From: the human T2T-CHM13v2.0 reference genome, Homo sapiens | Strand: one strand, 5' to 3' | Length of the DNA: 64,000 bases | Assembly: GCF_009914755.1 (NCBI RefSeq) | Contig: NC_060932.1 | Part shown: piece by piece, positions 29,200 to 44,025 of the stretch | How the letters are laid out: each line of letters begins with the position of its first letter | Position numbering within the stretch: the stretch's first letter is position 1 | Notes under the pieces: model-generated | What the model was told of the DNA's origin: nothing | Seen by the model: the letters and a program-made list of their open reading frames with translations, nothing else | Databases searched by the model: none | Made by a program: the position numbers and the translations under genes

Positions 29200-30595
29200 C
29201 CAGAAATGGGATCTGTAGATCCAATTGTCACATCTCTTCTTGGATATTTGAAAGCATCTGAAATACATCATGTCTAAAACTAAGTTCATTATCCGTGTTC
29301 CCCAAAACTCGGTCCTCTTCTGGTGTTCTCCGTCTTCTGGTGTTCTGGTAATCACACCATGACGTTGCATAGCCAGAATTCTAGGAGATACCCTTGACAC
29401 TTCTCCCTCACTTCCATGTGCAATCCATCATCAAGCCCTGTTCAATCCACCTCCTTAACATCATCCTTCATCTCTCCATCTCTACCACCACCTGAGTCCA
29501 AGCTACTGAAATAGTTCAGTTAAATTGCCCGAATTATTACAATAATCAAGGAAGTCATCTATTCTTGTCTACTCTAGCCAATCCTCTAATTCATTCTCTA
29601 ATCTATAGAGTGGTTTAAAAACTAATAATAAAGATTTAATCCAGTCATCCCTTTGCTTATGGCAATATTCCTTAACATGACCAACAATATCCTGGATGGG
29701 CTGATTCATATTCATTATTCTGGTCATCTGTTGCTGCAGAACAAGTTGGCCACATGTGGTTGTAGTAAGAATTTGGCTAAGGCTGGAGTCATGTGAAGGC
29801 TCAATTGAGCTTGGCATCCAAGATGGCATCTCCCTTCACATGTCTGAGGGCTGGTCAGGCATCTTTCTCTCTACCAGGCTAGTTTCAGGTTCCATAAAGC
29901 ATGGCAGTCTCAGAGTGTTCCACTTCTTACATGACAAGTTACTTTCCCCAGAGTGTACTTTACAAAAGACCAAGATAAAAGCTGTAAAACCTCTTCTGAC
30001 CTACCCTCCAAAGTCATTCAGCATATTTTCTACCTTATTCTAGAGGTCAAAATCAAGTCATGGCATCAGCCCAGATTCAAGGGGAGGAAACTGAATATCA
30101 GAAGACATAGTTCTTTGAAGGGGAAAGAGAGTCTTCGGAGAATATCCACCATACCTATCTCTCCAGTCCCATTTTGCAGTGCATTTCCTACTGCTGTTTC
30201 CATTTTAGCCACGTTGGCCTTCCTTAAGTTCCTTGTATTTGTCATACTCCACCCTGCTGATCACTTTGCCAATACTGCTTTCTTTGCCTATAATGGTCTT
30301 CCAGTCCACCTTTTGCCAAGTTAACTCTTGCTCAACTTTCAGATCTCATTCAAGCATCAAGAAAGCCTTCCCCGACTCCCTCAACAAAATTAAATCTTAA
30401 TTTATACTCTCAAGGTATTGCATATATTTCCAGCACTGTCTTCATCACCATTGCATTTTGCATCTGTTTGTGTGATTACATAATTTATTTCTCAATACCC
30501 CCACTACACTGGAAGAGGAGCCATGACTATTTTTCTTCTCCTACCACAGATTTGGCTGGTACTCAAATATTTATTTGCTGAATAATAAACTAAGT
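29200..30595. mobile_element. L2 fragments interrupted by an MLT1-like LTR (about 29640-30150)
   Basis: L2-like catgtctaaaactaagttc, tcagatctca and tactcaaatatttatttgctgaat; MLT-like cagcccagattcaaggggag. Confidence 0.55.
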
Positions 30596-33313
30596 AAATC
30601 AAACTGTCTGCCTCTGTATAACAAATTATTATTTTCCCTTTATGAATTATAGTGAAGTATATAATCCCATTTCCATATTGAATACATAATGAGACAACCC
30701 CAGATATAAACAATTTTCACAGAAAAAATCTTATAAATTCAAAGGTCATATTCTTTTGTTATATCCTAACTACAAAATTAGCAGATGTATAAAGGAATCA
30801 ATTAATACATCAAAACTGTGTAAATTTTGTGGTATTTCTTCCAATCTCCTTTCAGATGAGCCTAAAACTCTCTTTAATTTTAATTTCTATACCTAAACAA
30901 AAACTGGCAAGTATATTAAACGAAGCACTGCAAGCAGGAGAGAAGCAATTTCCTATGCATGAATCCAATACTGACAGTAGAGAACACTAGACATGCTCCA
31001 CTTAGAAACCAACATGGATTGTTACACAGACCACACATGATTTTTCTTGTGCTAAAACCAAACACACAATACTAACTGCTCCCTGCTACATTATTAATAA
31101 TCTGTCTAGAAATAAACACTCCACCGACTTTCAACCTGAAATGGACTATTTCATCTTGGAGGTGGGAACTAACATTCCTGTACTTTAGAAGGTAAAAGAA
31201 AGAGAAAGGGGTCAGATTGGAGAAAATATTCACTAGTTATAGCTTTTAACTTCTTTTTTTAAAAAAATAAAAGTCTGAATAATTGTAAATGGGATCATTA
31301 ACTAAAATTCATTATCAGAAAGTGCATTCTGTTTCTGATTGAATTCCAACTGTCAACCCTAACGGTTTTCAACTACCAAAAACATCTGATCTAGTGATAG
31401 AATTTTTTTTACAATCTGAAATAATTCAGCCATGTATTTATTTATTCTTTCTCCCTAATACAATATAGTCTTCATGAGGGTATGGGATTGATCACTCTTG
31501 TTCCCCTAGAGCAGTGTATGGCACATTGTGCTTCCCAATAAATTAATAAATGAATGAATAGTGGTGGTCTTCCAGATCTTGTGTATTACTCATAATATTT
31601 ATTACAATGTTTGTTACTTATGAAGAAAAATATTCTGTCAAAATGCAAATAAAATGCTTTTACCTCTCATTTATGCTTCTTCCTTAGTAGGTGTTATGTC
31701 ATATGAAATTAAGAGTTTCTCTAATCATCTAACCTGTCTCATTCACCAATTAAGAAAAAATGTATTCTACCATAAGGCAGAAGCAGCTTTTTGCTAAGTC
31801 ATTGAATTTCTCTGGTTGTTAAAAGTTTTCTACAATGACACTACTTTTTCTCAGTGGCTGAACTGGAACTTATACTTGTGTAGTTTGAGGAATCTTATTA
31901 GGTTAAACAAATATATGGAAAATAATAAAGATGTCTATAAGCTGATCCCTGAGTGTAGCCATTTTTAAAAAATAACTTATCCACTAGTTGAGGGCATGAA
32001 AATAGGTTATAGGACAAATACTTAAATTGAAACTTTGTCTCCTAATAAACCGCCAAACATTTTGCCATAAAAGGCTGACTTGATGAAGTTGAAACATTCA
32101 TTAGTGAGTGTTTAAGTCTATTCTACATAATACGATTTAGATAACAGTAAAATATTCATATCAAATTGGCCCATTAGAGGAAATTCTCTTGCCTGGTGTC
32201 CTCTGATACAAGTTTAATGCTGACCAACAAAAATGACCTGTAGGTTTTCTGTGGGCAAGTCTCTCTCTGTGCCTTATTTCTCAAGCCATGGCTCACACTG
32301 AATTATTTACAGCTAAGCATCTTTTTCCTTTGTTTTTCTTCTTGTTAAGTATGGATTAAGATCTAGATAGTTTATTTTGAAGTTACAAAATGTTAAATAG
32401 AAATTTTAAATACTAAGCAAGTTCAACCTGCTCTACATCAGCTCTAATTCCAGACTTGAACTTAAAAACTTGTATTACAAGAAACATTACCTACTTATAT
32501 TTTCAAAATCATTAACTTTTGCTTCCTTGGGTTTTTAAACTTTGCTCATATTTAGCCAAAAAAAGAGAGAGATGCACTTAAGGAACATTTGCAAGTGCCA
32601 TTTTGACCAATCTTTTCACTAACCTAAGTGGGTTTTTTTAAGTCTTGCCTTCCATTTTCTTGTAACGCCTGACTCCACCTTATTTATTTACTATAGTAAT
32701 CAACTAAAAGGCTTAGAACAACGATCGATTTTTAAATAAATCGAATAGTATGGTAAATAGATTCCATATTTCTCCAGATCCCATTGCATTTAATCTTTTT
32801 TTATTCTTCTTGAGAAAAAAATAGAAATATATGTATTATTAATTTGGGTTACTTTTTACAAGTTAATTTCAATCTCACCCAGATATGTGTTAAAAATATC
32901 CCATCTTCCCTTCTATGAGAAGTAAGGTCCTTCCTTCTCATTCACAATTAAATCTAACACATACTCCTTGAAAGTAGGAGTAAAAAGGAGGGGCAGGAAT
33001 TTCAGACATATTAGGAATATTGATTAACTGTATTCATTTTGGATATGGCAATTCACTGAGTGAACAGAGCACTGTTGGGTGAATGGTAGCAGAAGCATAT
33101 TGTTCAAGCTAAAGCCCTTTCAAGGACAGATGCCAAGGTGAGCAATACTCCTGGTTTCTCAGCAACGGAAAAAGATTTGTGAATGATTGTGAAAGATTTG
33201 CACCACCTCCTAGCTGCGCTTAGGGGCTGTTCTGAAAACAGCTAAGCAGAGCTTGGGAAATTCATGTCACATACTGTAGCCCTGGGTAAGAAGTGGTGAA
33301 ATACACACACACA

Positions 33314-33379
33314 CCATCACCACCACCACCACCACCACCATCACCACCACCACCACCACCACCATCACCACCACCACCA
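33314..33379. repeat. (CCA)n/(TGG)n microsatellite with TCA interruptions every 24 bp, PIP4P2 intron 1
   Basis: T interruptions at 33317, 33341 and 33365. Confidence 0.92.
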
Positions 33380-33566
33380 GAAAAACCCTGCGGAGAAGCT
33401 ATCAGGCAGGCGGGCTTGCCTGGGAAGGCACAGTCAGCATCCTTCCTCAGCCCAAGCGAGAGGCTCACCTCCACCTCCAAGCTAGAGCTCCCAGGTCTTT
33501 ATCCTTCTGGGCGTTTCCTTGCAAATCTACTTCCTTGCAAAGTAGAGGGATCTACGCTGGCCTTAC

Positions 33567-33672
33567 CTCTGGGGCTGCTTTCTTGCAAGTACGGTGGGGC
33601 GGTGGGAGTGACATTTCCGGAGTGGGATGCTGACAGCAGAGGCGAGCGTTCGTCCACCCCATCAGCAGCCAT
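33567..33672 (-). CDS. PIP4P2: PIP4P2/TMEM55A coding exon 1 ([35 protein letters not shown])
   Basis: Minus-strand ATG at 33672 in context GTCATGG; translation matches the recalled TMEM55A N-terminus; donor AG|GTAAGG after 33567; 106 nt, phase 1; contains the ERSPLL dileucine-type lysosomal sorting motif. Confidence 0.97.
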
Positions 33673-33734
33673 GACTGCGGCAGCGGCGGGGCCTGGGGAG
33701 GCCGAGCCGGGGTTGCGGCCTCGGCGGAGTGGTG

Positions 33735-33792
33735 GCTACTGCTGCTGCCTCTGCTGCCGCTGCTGCCGCTGCAGCTGCTGCTGCTGCCGCCT
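33735..33792 (-). repeat. Interrupted (GCA/GCG)n trinucleotide tract in the PIP4P2 5'UTR
   Basis: Plus strand gctactgctgctgcctctgctgccgctgctgccgctgcagctgctgctgctgccgc. Confidence 0.9.
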
Positions 33793-34656
33793 CCGGGAGG
33801 GCCCGGGATGTGTCACAAGGCAGGAAGCGGGGGGAGGGGAGGGGAGGGTGCAGGACCAGGAGGCGGGGGAAGGGAAGCGCGCTGGGAGGCATGGCTGGGG
33901 GAGGGGAGGGGAGGGAGAAAGAAAGAACCCGCAGAGTGGGAGGAGCAGCAGTGGAGGAGCGGGAGCCCAGCCAGCCAGAGAAAAGGGGAACAAATTAGGA
34001 CCAACTGGGAAACGCGAGGAAAAGAAGATGCCAAGTAACTGAAAGGGGGTCGAGAGTAAATGGGATGGAGGGGGACAAGTCCTTTGCTCTAGGAAAGACG
34101 GATAAAAAGCAGCCTGAAAGGGGCTAGCGAAGAGGAAAGGCCTGTGACTTGATTACAAGAAAACTGGAGCAAAAGCAGATTATCAAGTTTATCTCCCCTA
34201 AGGAGGAGGAGGGACTGACTCTTTGCTGTCAAACTTTGCAGCAGTTATATAAAGAAAACATCTTCCTGGGGTTATCAATTCCTCTAGGGTTTTTTTGTGG
34301 GAAATCAGTTTTCAACATCTGTTATCTAAGAGAAAGTAGATCTTTGCGGAAGTGTCAGCATTCCCTACTTTTCCTGATTGATTTTTTTTAACAACAGGAA
34401 TGTTGGCCTGACCGGTTTGGAACTCTGGTAACAGTACCTTTTTGGAACTATGCAGTGTGTTGCCTTTTACAAGTTTCATTTTACAAAATAGGTTGTCATC
34501 TTAGTTTTGGTTTTGTAGCCTATTGTCCCTGACACATATACAGTAAGTAGGTTTATGAATAACGTCAAACAACGAAAAACAAGTTTCTTGAGACAAAAGT
34601 TTTAAAATAATCGTTTACTTGTAAAACAGAGTTAAAACACAAAAAACCCTAAGCAC

Positions 34657-35127
34657 TGACAAAGATTCTTTGCTTGGTCAAACAAGTAAGGTTTCTGAAT
34701 CTTATGCTGGGCCCATCTGCACTTCCTTATAAAATCCAGTTTTAGCAAAGAACCCTACTAACTTAATTTAGCAAGAAGCCCCATTCTCAATATTGATATT
34801 TGATCAGGTTCCTCATCCTCCAGCATCCCCCATGTGAGGCCTGAACTCCTGTTCTGTCTTCAGCAAGAATCCCGTTTGCTTGGTTTAGTCAGAATCCCCC
34901 TTATCCCTGATATTTCCTTGGTAATTTTCCATCTACTGCCCCTGTCCTGCATGCTCCTAGGCTATAAATTCCCACTTGTCCATGCTGCATTCAGAATTGA
35001 GCCTAATCTCTTCTTCAACATGGCAAGACCCTGCTGCCATGGTCCCTATACCTATCACTATAGCCCTAAATACAGTCTTCCTTACCATGCTTTGACAAGA
35101 ATCACTGAATAACTTTTTTCTTTAAAA
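34657..35127 (+). mobile_element. ERV1 solo LTR (MER31/MER67-like) about 1 kb upstream of the PIP4P2 ATG
   Basis: tgacaaagattctttgcttggtcaaac ... aaaatccagttttagcaaagaaccct ... ggctataaattcccactt ... tttttctttaa. Confidence 0.7.
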
Positions 35128-35236
35128 ACACAGTTCTTGCCATGTTTTATATGTTTTTCTTTTCTTTTTTATTTGGTGGTTTGTCATATTATCCAAAAGT
35201 AGTTTACATGAATATGAAAACAAATTAAAGTTTTGA

Positions 35237-35620
<384 letters not shown>

Positions 35621-36879
35621 TCACTCAAAAGAAACATTTATTACTCATTTACTAAGTCTAAAAGATAACTACGACATGATCTCAATCCTCAAGATGCCTG
35701 AGAGAGTCAAAAACAAGTGGAAAATGAGGCTAGCTGTAGATTTCAGTGAGCATGAGGCAAAGCAGAAGTTAGACATACGAAACTATGTTTCAAATTACAT
35801 TAGGAAGGATCCTCACTCTGCTTTCTAAAGATACATTCTTTCTTCCAGAAAAATCCACTTAGGCATCAGCTGGAAATCCTAAGGGGAAATCAAATAATGA
35901 TGTTTGCACTCACGCAGCATCTTTTGTGGATCAGTAGCATCAGGATACAATACAATATAAGGATCCCTATATGATATAAGGGCATTTCTAGGTCTCCAGG
36001 AACCTGGAAAGTACAGAATCAAGATGTAGCACTTCCTGCAAAAGTGCCTGTAATTTACAAAAATGAACAGCAGTGTTTTTATAACTGCAGCCTGGAGACT
36101 ATTGAGTTAAAGAAAATTATGAGAAAAATCAACAAAATCTTACTACTATAGTATTCTGTCGTGTTACCTGTCACACTCCATTGTGACAACTCCAGCCCCA
36201 ACCAAATTTCTGAGGTCAGAAACCTATCTATCTTATTTATAACTAGATCTCCAGTATCTAGCACAATGCTTGGCACATTAGTAAACACTCGATATTTGTC
36301 AAATAAACAATTGAGTGAATGAACAAATATACACAGTCCCAGAATCTTACTAAAACAAAATGTTTGGCACAAAAAGATTAAGAACATTTCTTGGCATTTT
36401 GATGAAGATGACAGTTTTGCCATCTGACTGATCAATTTTTTTATTCCATCATACCTCTACAACTGTCTTCTTTTTTGCCCATGTAGTGATCAGTATAAAG
36501 GTTTTTTTTTTGTTGTTGTTTGTTTTTTTCTTTACTTCATTATATGGTTTCTCTACTGCAGAACTCATTTGAGGCTCATGACAGTTACTCTTCTTACACT
36601 ACAAAAGGTAGTAGATATACTGAGATTATATTTGCAGCAATCTCAACTTCCACAAAAAGCAAAAGGCTTTTATGAGATGAGTACTACTTCATTCTAGGTT
36701 AAAGATCATACTATGGTTTATGGTTTCTCAATAGTTGTTAAATAATACTCATCAATCCAAGGTATTTTTATGATTATGATTATGATACTTTGCCATCTCT
36801 ATTCATGAGATGAGCTAATGTGTCTATTGGAATAAAAATACTCTATAAACAGATAATATGTGAGATCTAATGTACTTAA

Positions 36880-39875
36880 GCTGTTGTTTCAGCGATCTAC
36901 TGCTAACAAACCATACCAATACTCAGTGGCTTAAAACAACATGAGTTGTTATTTTCTATGATTCTGTAGTTGACTGGGTGGCCATTCTGTCAGACTTGCC
37001 TGAACATTCAGGCAGCAGCATTCAGCTGGCAGGTTTGCTGGGGGCTAGGCTCAGCTGGGAAATTTGGGCTCACTGGGCAATTCTCTTCATGTAGTCTTTA
37101 TTCCAGACTTCCTCATATACCTCGTATTCTCAGAACACTATTCTAAGAGGATGATGGTGGAAGGTAAGGGATCCCTAAGATCTAGGCTCTGGTTCTCAAA
37201 CATCGCTTCTTATCACATTCTCCCACCATCAATGGCTTTCTCAGCCTGCCTCCTGCTTGGAAAAAAACAAGCACCTAGAGGCCTCGTCATGATCAAAGGA
37301 AGTCACAAGGCTGGTGGAGGAACAGATTCCATCACTTCAAGTGAAGAGTAGCAATGTCACAATGCAAAGGGGTGTGGAACACAACAAGGCATGATCCACT
37401 GGATGCTATTATATAACAGTCTACCATAGTCTGCCCACTGGTCACTGTGGTTCACATCCCCCTCACAGGCAAACTACACTTATCCACTCCCAACACCCCA
37501 AAGTCTAGTTTAATCACTAAAGTCAACTTTATGTATCTTTCACCTAAATCCAATCCAGGTGCAGTCAAAATTCCTGGGGGATAATTCCACAGGTCCAGCT
37601 CCTTGGGTACAGCATCTGTTGATCCAGAGACCTGTGAACTAAAAGGACGAAGCATGTGCCCTTCTTCTCTCCCAGCCGTCTCAACCCCCAACATTTAACA
37701 GTGGAACAAGAACAGGATAACAACTGACAGAAGAAGGGGGAGGGGGCATTCTGAATAGAAGGTACATAGAACACACGGGACCACAGAATTCTGAAATCCA
37801 CTTGGGCCCATGTCACCAGCTCTTTTGACCCCAGAGGCATGTAATGCTTCCTTATTAGGGCACAGTCTGCCTCTGTTGCTACTCCTTTTCCTCATCTGTT
37901 CCTATATTTGGCTCTTGGCCCTTCCCACTAAGTCTGGTCTTTTTCATAAGAAATGGCTCCTGTTTGCAGCTGCATACCTTTCTCAGCCTGCCTCCCCGCA
38001 AAGAAAGTTGGGAACCCAGAGGGCTCTTTCCATTTTGAACTGCCTCTGTCCCTTTTAATCCAAATTGATACAACTTCCTTAGAAATGTGTAGGCCTTTCC
38101 AATGAATCTGAATGGGGTTTACCTCATGCCCACAAAGCCACAAACATAATATTTTTTTTGAGACAGGTATTTCTCTATGTTTGGGTCACATTTGAGGCCC
38201 TTCAAATTCTTAGATGCTCCCTTGTCTATTTAAGGAAGTCTCCAAGTCACTGCTTGAGTCTTTCAGAGGTCTTCAGGGAGGGTTTTACAGCCATATCCCT
38301 GATTTGAACTTTATTCTGAGGCCATTTCTTACATCAAGAATCTGTTGCTGGATGAAAGACTGTCTTAAGCCCCCTATATTTCCTCTAAATTCAGTTGCAA
38401 ACTGGAAGTTCCTACTTTAGTTCATTTCTGTGGTTGGCAAAATAATGCCTCTCCAAAGATGTCCATGCTCTTATTCCCGGAACCAGTGAATATTTTACCT
38501 TACTTAGCAAAACGGATGTTGCAGATATGATTACAGGGTGCAGACCTTCAGATGGGAAGATTATCCTGGATGATCCTTGTGAGCCAAACCTAATTATGAG
38601 TCTTTAAAAGCTGAGAACCTTTCTCAGCTGTAGTCAGAGATATTCACAGGAGAGATTTAAAGTGAGAAAAGGACTCAGCCTACCATTGCTGGCCTGAGGA
38701 TGGAGGAAGAGATCAAGGAGTATGGGTGTGCTCAAGAAGGTGGGAAAGACTTTCAGCTAACAGCAGCAAGGACGTACAAATGTTAGTCCTAGACCACAAG
38801 GAAATGGATTCTGCAAACAACCCAAAAGAGCAAAGATATAGATCTTCCCCTAGAACTTCTAGAAAGGGACATAGCCCTGCTGACACCTCGATTTTAGCAC
38901 TATAAGAGCCATGATAAACTTCTGACTTGCAGAACTATAAAATATAAAATTTGTATTAAGCTGCAAAATTTGTGGTAATTTTTATGGCATCAACAGAAAA
39001 TGAAAACTTTCTCTTAAAATACCTTATTTAACACAGCTAAAAGAAGCTAGTTGTCGCTTTTAATTTTCTACATGGAAATTAGTGAAATCAACAAGTTCAT
39101 TAGGAACATTTTCTATTTTCTAAGTTACTACAGGCAACAGTTAATTGGTGCACCTCTGTTTTTCTAGTCTCCAATAGCAATTTCCTCCCTACTCTTCTAG
39201 TTTCACATACTCCTCCTTAGTATTGTTCTGTGCCTGGCCCTTAAGACAATGCCATATACTTGGGGTTTTGTTACAGCAATATCAATTTGCTACATTTATC
39301 TATTGCTTTGTACTTTCAGTGCCAACTTCTAGTGGATTTATCTGTTGCTTTCTATTTTTAGTACAATATTCTGTTTTATTTATCTATTGCTTTATAAGAA
39401 TCCACCATCCTAAAACTTAGTGGATCAATTGTCAATGTACTGTATTTTTTTTTTAATAATCATTAGGGTTAATCAGGTAGTTTTCTGCCAAGTCTCACCT
39501 GCACCCACTTAGGCCAATGCATTCAGCTGGTGGATCAGCTGGGGACTGATCTCAGCCAAGAAATCTGGTTGGCTGAAACTCTCTTTCCAAATGCAGTTTC
39601 ATTGTGAGTTTCTTCATTGCATGACAGTCTCGGGGTAGGGTCCTTGGAGGCCAAAGGCAGTTGCTGCAAGCCCTCATAAGTCCAAGGTTTTGGAACACAC
39701 ATGGCTGCATCTGCCACATTCTATTGGTCAGAGAAAGTGACATGGACAGAGTATATTGAAGCAGTCAGGGGGATAAATTCAGTCTCTTGATGGAAGATGT
39801 GGCTATGTCACATGCAAAAGGGCACGGATGCAGAAAGGTGTGATTCCTTGGGGGCCTTATATAGTGATCTAGTCC
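36880..39875. mobile_element. MaLR MLT1 provirus remnant (two related LTRs at about 36880-37427 and 39365-39875, plus internal sequence) with a nested MLT1 LTR at about 38428-39005
   Basis: Both LTRs share gcattcagctgg, tgtcaca..tgcaaa.ggg and tctaccata-like motifs; the nested LTR begins tgtggttggcaaaataatgcctctccaaagatgtcca. Confidence 0.65.
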
Positions 39876-41824
39876 AGCTACAAACATGTCATTTAAGAAA
39901 AACATAGAGAATGACAGAGGAGAGATCTGTACGGAACACTATGCTTTTGGAAGGAAGTTTAATATGAAATTCTAAAGTCAATATGAGAAGTATATTTTCC
40001 AGCAGACAGAGTAATAATCCTGAGAGAATAAGGCCATATTCAGGAATTTAAAAGGGCACAACATTTTGCAGGAATAATAGAGGAAGGTTGAAGGCTTAAC
40101 TGTAGTCACAGAAGAGTCCAGGGAGGAAGACAAAGGGCTAGAGCCAGTCAACAGCCCAGAGCAGCAGTAGAGAAGCCTAGTGAAAGTTAAGGTATAGGTG
40201 TGGAATAGAACTAGAAGAGATCCTGTTTCCCTGTATTATTTCCAAACACTTCGAGGAAAAGGCAAGACCACATGGTTTCCTCCCAGGTGAGCAGTTCTTC
40301 AGTAAGAGGCATCATGGGAGTTCTGTTAGTGTTGATGTTGCAAGAAAACTTAAGAGGTCAAACCTACGGACTTTGTGGTCCTGAGTTCCAACCGTTTGTG
40401 TTCTTGCCAATCCTTTAAATATCCATTCAAATGCCAGAGTTGAAATTATGTTCTCCCCTACTATAGTTGCATGACTTTTTTTTTTACCATGATAACAGCA
40501 TTTTAAAATAGCTTTATTCTATTTGACACATATACATGAGCAGAGACTACTTGTTTCTTTGTAGCATCTAGCACAGCACCACACACATATGTGGTGCTCA
40601 GTAAAGGTTTTTTTTTTTTTCAAGTAATTAGTCCTAGGTTGCCTCTTATTGTCTCAGTTTCATCAGCAAAATTGAAGTAGCTGTCCTGCATCTCACAGGA
40701 TGCTAATAAGAGTAAAATAAAATAAAAGCTCTGCAAACAATTCCAAAAAAGAAAAGAATGGAATACAAAAGAGTGAAATGCAAAGTTCAATAGAGGACAT
40801 GTAACTTGAAGTTGTATGAAACTTTCCCTGTTATACAAAACATAGCTAGGATCCAAAAATGAGGATGGAACCCCATATACTAAATCAGCAGAACTAGCCC
40901 CTCAATAACCACAATTACCTCAGTCCATATAAACAGGAGAATAGGAAGGAGGTAAACGGGAATTATTGGAGTCATGACTTTTGGCTTGGGAGGCACTGCT
41001 ATGGCTTGCTCCTGCCCCTCCCCAAAAAGCCAAGTGAGACAGACTCTAAGGGAGTCACTGGCAAAGTCTGGGGGTGTCTGAAAAAAAGGAAAATCAGCAC
41101 CTAATTTTCTAGTTATACATTAGGTTAGGACATAGGCTAGTCAATCTTCTGAAAGTCTATGTGAATAGAAAAAAAAACAACTCGAGAATGATGGCAGGGC
41201 ACACAGAGGCCGGTGGTTCAGCTCAGCTATCACTTCTGCTTTGATGAGAGCATATAAGTTTCCGGTAGGCAAAGTGAGCACCACAAAAAATAGCTGCACT
41301 TATGCCATCATGCTGACACCAACAAAAAAAGCTAACTCTTGGGTGAAATAACCAGCAACAAGAGCCCATGGAGTATACCAGTAAATGCAAGGGCCTTGGA
41401 GGGTTAGATGAGGTGAAGCAGGACGCTGTGGATTGGGAAGGCTTTGAAATAACTCACCTTTGTGTCTCCTCTATAAATCCAGTATTTGAGTGCCTGCCAT
41501 TGAGAGGGCATTGCCAATGGACAGTCATTATTGGCCCAGCAATTAATGTCAAACACAGGAAAGAAGACTTCACTAATGGCCCAATGAATCTTTCTGATTC
41601 ATCCTTGTGTCCGCTCACTGGAGAAGCTAGAATATCCAAGAGGGAAGAAGAAGCTGAGAACCAGAGGCAAAATATATTGTCCCCAATGTAGGTAATAGGA
41701 AAGAAATAAAAAGAAAATCATATCCTCCTTCCCTGTGTTAGGTCCCTCAAGCCACAATGCTAGAAGTTAGCCACAAAGAGAAAATCTTCCATTTGCACAG
41801 GAAATTTGATTTTTAGACAAAGTG

Positions 41825-42134
41825 TTTGTTTTGTTTTGCTTTTGTTTTCAGCAGGGTCTCACTCTGTCACACAGGTTGCAGTGCAGTGGCATGATCTCAG
41901 CTCACTGCAACCTCCCCCACCCTACCCCTGGGTTCAAGTGATCTACCCACCTCAGCTCCTGAATAGCTGGGACTACAGCCTGTGTGACACCACACCTGGC
42001 TAACTATTTTTGTATTTTTAGTAGAGATGGGGGTCTCACCACGTTGCCCAGGCTGGTCTGGAACTCCTAAGCAATCCACCTGCCTTAGCCTCCCAAAGGG
42101 CTGGGATTACAGGTGTGAGCCACTTCACCTGGCC
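41825..42134 (-). mobile_element. AluJ-like element
   Basis: cagggtctcactctgtcacacagg ... aggtgtgagccacttcacctggcc. Confidence 0.9.
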
Positions 42135-42702
42135 AACAAAGTGGGTTTTTAATCACTGAAATGCACTGGGAAATTATAGAATTTTTCCAAGATGTGATAA
42201 TGTGATAAGATATCTGCTACAGGAGGTAAGGGGAATTTAAAATGGTCTTGTTAGTGGCAGTATTTGGAGAAAACTATAAACATTTCTGATTTATACTTCT
42301 ACAAGTTCGGCTTATTTAATAACCTGCAGAGAGAGGGAAAAAGAGAGAGAGAGAGATGACTGTTACCTTAAATTCATGTTCCCCTTGATTTAAACATTTT
42401 TAACTAACATAAGTATTTGGTGCTAAATGCTGGGGTTACAAGTTGGGACAATATTGAGACAAACCATTCCTTCCTACCATGGAGATAAACACAAGTGTAA
42501 GAAGAAGTTGGGAAGATTACCAACATACATTGAAAATGTGACCACTTATCACCATTGTAACAAATTATTTTGGTCAAAAATACTTTTTGATGTTTCCAGA
42601 CCCTACACAGCTAGCTTGGTGTGTAATTAAGCATTATCATTGCTGCCTTGAAGGAGCACTGTCAGGTACATTTCACTGTCTCAAACAAGTTTCTCTGAAA
42701 AA

Positions 42703-42733
42703 TGTGTGTGTGTGTGTGTGTGTATGTGTGTGT
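42703..42733. repeat. (TG)n microsatellite
   Basis: tgtgtg... with one ta interruption. Confidence 0.9.
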
Positions 42734-42749
42734 CTTAGGGTTAAAACAG

Positions 42750-43336
<587 letters not shown>

Positions 43337-43649
43337 ACAAAACAGTTTTTAAAAAGTGAGTTCTTTTTCTTCATTAAAACATTTATTTAACCTTTGAACA
43401 GTGTATTTTTCCTACTAACAAAATTTGGTTTTGATGTATTATTCTTATCACTTAATCGCTTTGCTAGTGTTTCCAAATTAATGATCTCAACTAGAATAGT
43501 ATTCCAAAAGGTTATTAGTTTAACTCAGTATATTCTCAGGATCTTTGGATAAATCTTAAAAAGAAAGCCTAGGAAAAAGCAATATTAGTTGAGGTGATGC
43601 AAAATAGGTTTAGTGACTGTTTGCTTTTTTAATAAACAGGGTAAATATA

Positions 43650-44025
43650 CCTGAGACTGAATTGTGTGCCCCTCCCCTTGCCATTCACACGTTAAAGCCT
43701 AATCTGCAATGTGACTATATTTGGAGACAGGACATTTAGGAGGTAATTAAGGTTAATGAGGTTATAAGAATAGGGCCCTAATCTGGTAGAATGAATGTTC
43801 TTAGAAGAAGAGACACAAAAAGCTTGTTCACTCGCTCGCTGTCTGCACAAGCATGCATCATGGAAAGGCCACCAGCAACTTGGGAAGAAAACTGTCACCA
43901 AAAACCAAACCCTGCTGGACATAGATCTTGGGCTTGGAGCCTCCAGAACTGTGGGAAAATTAATTTCTGATCTTTAAACTATGCAGTCTGTGGTATTATT
44001 TTGTAGCAGCCCTAGCTGACCAATG
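43650..44025 (+). mobile_element. MLT1A/B-like LTR
   Basis: gactgaattgtgtgcccc, tgtgactatatttggagacagg, ctccagaactgtggga and tttgtagcagcccta. Confidence 0.75.

Larger units (their letters stand above)
33400..34060. promoter_or_regulatory. CpG/GC-rich promoter and 5'UTR of PIP4P2
   Basis: CpG-rich segment around exon 1; G-run clusters at 33828-33915 on the plus strand. Confidence 0.85.

Noticed and set aside
33293-34042. 249-aa plus-strand ORF, the longest in the window
   Set aside because: Non-ATG start, antisense to PIP4P2 exon 1, and kept open by (CCA)n, (CTG)n and GC-rich low-complexity sequence.
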